Below, in pieces: positions 58,743 to 64,000 of a stretch of 64,000 nucleotides of DNA (the first letter of the stretch is position 1; each line of letters starts with the position of its first letter). The notes under the pieces are model-generated. The model did no database searches. It was not told the DNA's origin and saw only the letters and a program-made list of their open reading frames with translations. The translations under genes were made by a program, and so were the position numbers. Location of the stretch: the NCBI GenBank assembly GCA_964016885.1, contig OZ024740.1:228098001-228162000 (forward strand), read 5' to 3'. Source of the stretch: Eledone cirrhosa (Eukaryota).

Positions 58743-61700
58743 GGCGGTAGTAGTAATGGTTGTGATGGAAATGATGGTGTTGGTGGTTGTAGTGTAGGTG
58801 GTAGTAGTAATGGTTGTGATGGAAATGATGGTGTTGGTGGTTGTAGTATAGGTGGTAGTAGTAATGGTTGTGATGGAAATGATGGTGTTGGTGGTTGTAG
58901 TGTAGGTGGTAGTAGTAATGATTGTGATGGAAAGGATGGTGTTGGTGGTTGTAGTGTAGGTGGTAGTAGTAATGGTTGTGATGGAAATGATGGTGTTGGT
59001 AGTTGTAGTGTAGGTGGTAGTAGTAATGATTGTGATGGAAATGATGGTGTTGGTGGTTGTAGTGTAGGTGGTAGTAGTAATGATTGTGATGGAAAGGATG
59101 GTGTTGGTGGTTGTAGTGTAGGTGGTAGTAGTAATGGTTGTGATGGAAATGATGGTGTTGGTGGTTGTAGTATAGGTGGTAGTAGTAATGGTTGTGATGG
59201 AAATGATGGTGTTGGTGGTTGTAGTGTAGGTGGTAGTAGTAATGGTTGTGATGGAAATGATGGTGTTGGTGGTTGTAGTGTAGGTGGTAGTAGTAATGAT
59301 TGTGATGGAAAGGATGGTGTTGGTGGTTGTAGTGTAGGCGGTAGTAGTAATGGTTGTGATGGAAATGATGGTGTTGGTGGTTGTAGTGTAGGTGTTAGTA
59401 GTAATGGTTGTGATGGAAATGATGGTGTTGGTAGTTGTAGTGTAGGTGGTAGTAGTAATGGTTGTGATGGAAATGATGGTGTTGGTAGTTGTAGTGTAGG
59501 TGGTAGTAGTAATGATTGTGATGGAAATGATGGTGTTGGTGGTTGTAGTGTAGGTGGTAGTAGTAATGGTTGTGATGGAAATGATGGTGTTGGTAGTTGT
59601 AGTGTAGGTGGTAGTAGTAATGATTGTGATGGAAATGATGGTGTTGGTGGTTGTAGTATAGGTGGTAGTAGTAATGGTTGTGATGGAAATGATGGTGTTG
59701 GTAGTTGTAGTGTAGGTGGTAGTAGTAATGGTTGTGATGGAAATGATGGTGTTGGTAGTTGTGTTGTGTAGGTGGTAGTAGTAATGGTTGTGATGGAAAT
59801 GATGGTGTTGGTGGTTGTAGTGTAGGTGGTAGTAGTAATGGTTGTGATGGAAATGATGGTGTTGGTAGTTGTAGTGTAGGTGGTAGTAGTAATGATTGTG
59901 ATGGAAATGATGGTGTTGGTGGTTGTAGTATAGGTGGTAGTAGTAATGGTTGTGATGGAAATGATGGTGTTGGTGGTTGTAGTATAGGTGGTAGTAGTAA
60001 TGGTTGTGATGGAAATGATGGTGTTGGTAGTTGTAGTGTAGGTGGTAGTAGTAATGGTTGTGATGGAAATGATGGTGTTGGTGGTTGTAGTGTAGGTGGT
60101 AGTAGTAATGGTTGTGATGGAAATGATGGTGTTGGTAGTTGTAGTGTAGGTGGTAGTAGTAATGGTTGTGATGGAAATGATGATGTTGGTAGTTGTAGTG
60201 TAGCTGGTAGTAGTAATGGTTGTGATGGAAATGATGGTGTTGGTGGTTGTAGTGTAGGTGGTAGTAGTAATGGTTGTGATAGAAATTATGGTGTTGGTAG
60301 TTGTAGTGTAGGTGGTAGTAGTAATGGTTGTGATGGAAATGATGGTGTTGGTGGTTGTAGTGTAGGTGGTAGTAGTAATGGTTGTGATGGAAATGATGGT
60401 GTTGGTAGTTGTAGTGTAGGTGGTAGTAGTAATGGTTGTGATGGAAATGATGGTGTTGGTAGTTGTAGTGTAGGTGGTAGTAGTAATGGTTGTGATGGAA
60501 ATGATGGTGTTGGTAGTTGTAGTGTAGGTGGTAGTAGTAATGGTTGTGATGGAAATGATGGTGTTGGTAGTTGTAGTGTAGGTGGTAGTAGTAATGGTTG
60601 TGATGGAAATGATGGTGTTGGTAGTTATAGTGTAGGTGGTAGTAGTAATGGTTGTGATGGAAATGATGGTGTTGGTGGTTGTAGTGTAGGTGGTAGTAGT
60701 AATGGTTGTGATGGAAATGATGGTGTTGGTGGTTGTAGTGTAGGTGGTAGTAGTAATGGTTGTGATGGAAATGATGGTGTTGGTGGTTGTAGTGTAGGTG
60801 GTAGTAGTAATGATTGTGATGGAAATGATGGTGTTGGTAGTTGTAGTGTAGGTGGTAGTAGTAATGGTTGTGATGGAAATGATGGTGTTGGTGGTTGTAG
60901 TGTAGGTGGTTGTAGTGTAGGTGGTTGTAGTGTAGGTGGTAGTAGTAATGGTTGTGATGGAAATGATGGTGTTGGTGGTTGTAGTGTAGGTGGTAGTAGT
61001 AATGGTTGTGATGGAAATGATGGTGTTGCTGGTTGTAGTGTAGGTGGTAGTAGTAATGGTTGTGATGGAAATGATGGTGTTGGTGGTTGTAGTGTAGGTG
61101 GTAGTAGTAATGGTTGTGATGGAAATGATGGTGTTGGTGGTTGTAGTGTAGGTGGTAGTAGTAATGGTTGTGATGGAAATGATGGTGTTGGTGGTTGTAG
61201 TGTAGGTGGTAGTAGTAATGGTTGTGATGGAAATGATGGTGTTGGTGGTTGTAGTGTAGGTGGTAGTAGTAATGGTTGTGATGGAAATGATGGTGTTGGT
61301 GGTTGTAGTGTAGGTGGTAGTAGTAATGGCTGTGATGGAAATGATGGTGTTGGTGGTTGTAGTGTAGGTGGTAGTAGTAATGGTTGTGATGGAAATGATG
61401 GTGTTGGTAGTTGTAGTGTAGGTGGTAGTAGTAATGGTTGTGATGGAAATGATGGTGTTGGTGGTTGTAGTGTAGGTGGTAGTAGTAATGGTTGTGATGG
61501 AAATGATGGTGTTGGTGGTTGTAGTGTAGGTGGCAGTAGTAATGGTTGTGATGGAAATGATGGTGTTGGTAGTTGTAGTGTAGGTGGCAGTAGTAATGGT
61601 TGTGATGGAAATGATGGTGTTGGTAGTTGTAGTGTAGGTGGCAGTAGTAATGGTTGTGATGGAAATGATGGTGTTGGTAGTTGTAGTGTAGGTGGTAGTA

Positions 61701-63382
61701 GTAATGGTTGTGATGGAAATGATGGTGTTGGTAGTTGTAGTGTAGGTGGTAGTAGTAATGGTTGGATGATGTTGGTAGTTGTAGTGTAGGTGGCAGTAGT
61801 AATGGTTGTGATGGAAATGATGGTGTTGGTAGTTGTAGTGTAGGCGGTAGTAGTAATGGTTGTGATGATGTTGGTAGTTGTAGTGTAGGTGGCAGTAGTA
61901 ATGGTTGTGATGGAAATGATGGTGTTGGTAGTTGTAGTGTAGGCGGTAGTAGTAATGGTTGTGATGGAAATGATGGTGTTGGTGGTTGTAGTGTAGGTGG
62001 TAGTAGTAATGGTTGTGATGGAAATGATGGTGTTGGTGGTTGTAGTGTAGGTGGTAGTAGTAATGGTTGGATGGAAATGATGGTGTTGGTGGTTGTAGTG
62101 TAGGTGGTAGTAGTAATGGTTGTGATGGAAATGATGGTGTTGGTGGTTGTAGTGTAGGTGATAGTAGTAATGGTTGTGATGGAAATGATGGTGTTGGTGG
62201 TTGTAGTGTAGGTGGTAGTAGTAATGGTTGTGATGGAAATGATGGTGTTGGTAGTTGTAGTGTAGGTGGTAGTAGTAATGGTTGTGATGGAAATGATGGT
62301 GTTGGTAGTTGTAGTGTAGGTGGTAGTAGTAATGGTTGTGATGGAAATGATGGTGTTGGTAGTTGTAGTGTAGCTGGTAGTAGTAATGGTTGTGATGGAA
62401 ACGATGGTGTTGGTAGTTGTAGTGTAGGTGATAGTAGTAATGGTTGTGATGGAAATGATGGTGTTGGTAGTTGTAGTGTAGGTGGTAGTAGTAATGGTTG
62501 TGATGGAAATGATGGTGTTGGTAGTTGTAGTGTAGGTGGTAGTAGTAATGGTTGTGATGGAAATGATGGTGTTGGTAGTTGTAGTGTAGGCGGTAGTAGT
62601 AATGGTTGTGATGGAAATGATGGTGTTGGTAGTTGTAGTGTAGGTGGTAGTAGTAATGATTGTGATGGAAATGATGGTGTTGGTAGTTGTAGTGTAGGTG
62701 GTAGTAGTAATGGTTGTGATGGAAATGATGGTGTTGGTAGTTGTAGTGTAGGTGGTAGTAGTAATGGTTGTGATGGAAATGATGGTGTTGGTAGTTGTAG
62801 TGTAGGTGGTAGTAGTAATGGTTGTCATGGAAACGATGGTGTTGGTGGTTGTAGTGTAGGTGGTAGTAGTAATGGTTGTGATGGAAATGATGGTGTTGGT
62901 GGTTGTAGTGTAGGTGGTAGTAGTAATGGTTGCGATGGAAATGATGATGTTGGTGGTTGTAGTGTAGGTGGTAGTAGTAATGGTTGTGATGGAAATGATG
63001 GTGTTGGTAGTTGTAGTGTAGCTGGTAGTAGTAATGGTTGTGATGGAAACGATGGTGTTGGTGGTTGTAGTGTAGGTGGTAGTAGTAATGATTGTGATGG
63101 AAATGATGGTGTTGGTGGTTGTAGTGTAGGTGGTAGTAGTAATGATTGTGATGGAAATGATGGTGTTGGTGGTTGTAGTGTAGGTGGTAGTAGTAATGGT
63201 TGTGATGGAAATGATGGTGTTGGTAGTTGTAGTGTAGGTGGTAGTAGTAATGGTTGTGATGGAAATGATGGTGTTGGTAGTTGTAGTGTAGGTGGTAGTA
63301 GTAATGGTTGTGATGGAAATGATGGTGTTGGTAGTTGTAGTGTAGGTGGTAGTAGTAATGGTTGTGATGGAAATGATGGTGG
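58743..63382. repeat. 54-bp minisatellite (~85 copies)
   Basis: Unit gtagtagtaatggttgtgatggaaatgatggtgttggt(g/a)gttgtagtgtaggtg; 18-codon periodicity in the ORF track. Confidence 0.98.
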
Positions 63383-63479
63383 GTGATATGGTAGCAGTAG
63401 ATATAGTGGTAGGTATTGTGGGTGGTATCTGTGGTAGTAGTGGTGGTTGTAGTGTTGAAGGGGTATCACCACTGATACT

Positions 63480-63631
63480 ACATGATGATGATGATGATGA
63501 TGATGAGGAAGAGGAAGAGGAGTTAGTGGAAGAGGGAGAATGGGAAAAGTAGGAGGGGATTAATAATAACAATAATAATAAACAATCAATAACAAAAAAT
63601 AGTAGTAGTCGTAGCAGCAGCAGCAGCAGTG

Positions 63632-63697
<66 letters not shown>

Positions 63698-63840
63698 TAA
63701 TGATGATGAAGATGGTGACGGTGACGGCGAAGAAGAAGAAGAAGAAGAAGAAGAAGAAGAAGAAGAAGAAGAAGAAGAAGAAGAAGAAGAAGAAGAAGAA
63801 GAAGAAGAAGAAGAAGAAGAAGAAGAAGAAGAAGAAGAAA
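63480..63840. repeat. (GAT)/(TAG)/(GAA) trinucleotide repeats
   Basis: Direct reading. Confidence 0.95.
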
Positions 63841-64000
63841 ATGATTACGAAATCGAACTAACAACAGATGTTAGACTACTGACAGTGAATGGATGATGAA
63901 ATCATTGATTGATTATATTTTCTAAACCGAGCCGTGCTACCTTATTTATTTATTATTTATATTATTTATATAATTCATTCTCTTATTCTTTCAGCCATTC

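Noticed and set aside
58725-63572. 1615-aa mucin-like / His-rich protein
   Set aside because: Open only because the 54-bp unit lacks stops; the reading register switches at indels; no signal peptide or unique domain.

Overview
This is repeat-saturated animal genomic DNA; the SINE, LINE and microsatellite content suggests an octopus or other cephalopod (inference from recalled repeat families). No host protein-coding gene can be supported, and nearly all long ORFs are microsatellite translations. Main contents: (1) two nested clusters of Tx1-clade LINEs, including one full-length decayed copy, every piece abutting (TATC)n; (2) many Penelope-like element (PLE) remnants sitting in (TA)n tracts, several folded back as long palindromes and carrying minimal type-I hammerhead ribozyme (HHR) motifs; (3) a four-unit ~425-bp tandem array with one intact-looking HHR per unit, a retrozyme/circular-RNA-like cassette and the best candidate for a novel system; (4) a (TATG)n hub with R4/Dong-like and RTE-related fragments; (5) Chapaev3-like, mariner, hAT and CRE remnants, tRNA-SINEs, and 95-bp and 54-bp tandem arrays.
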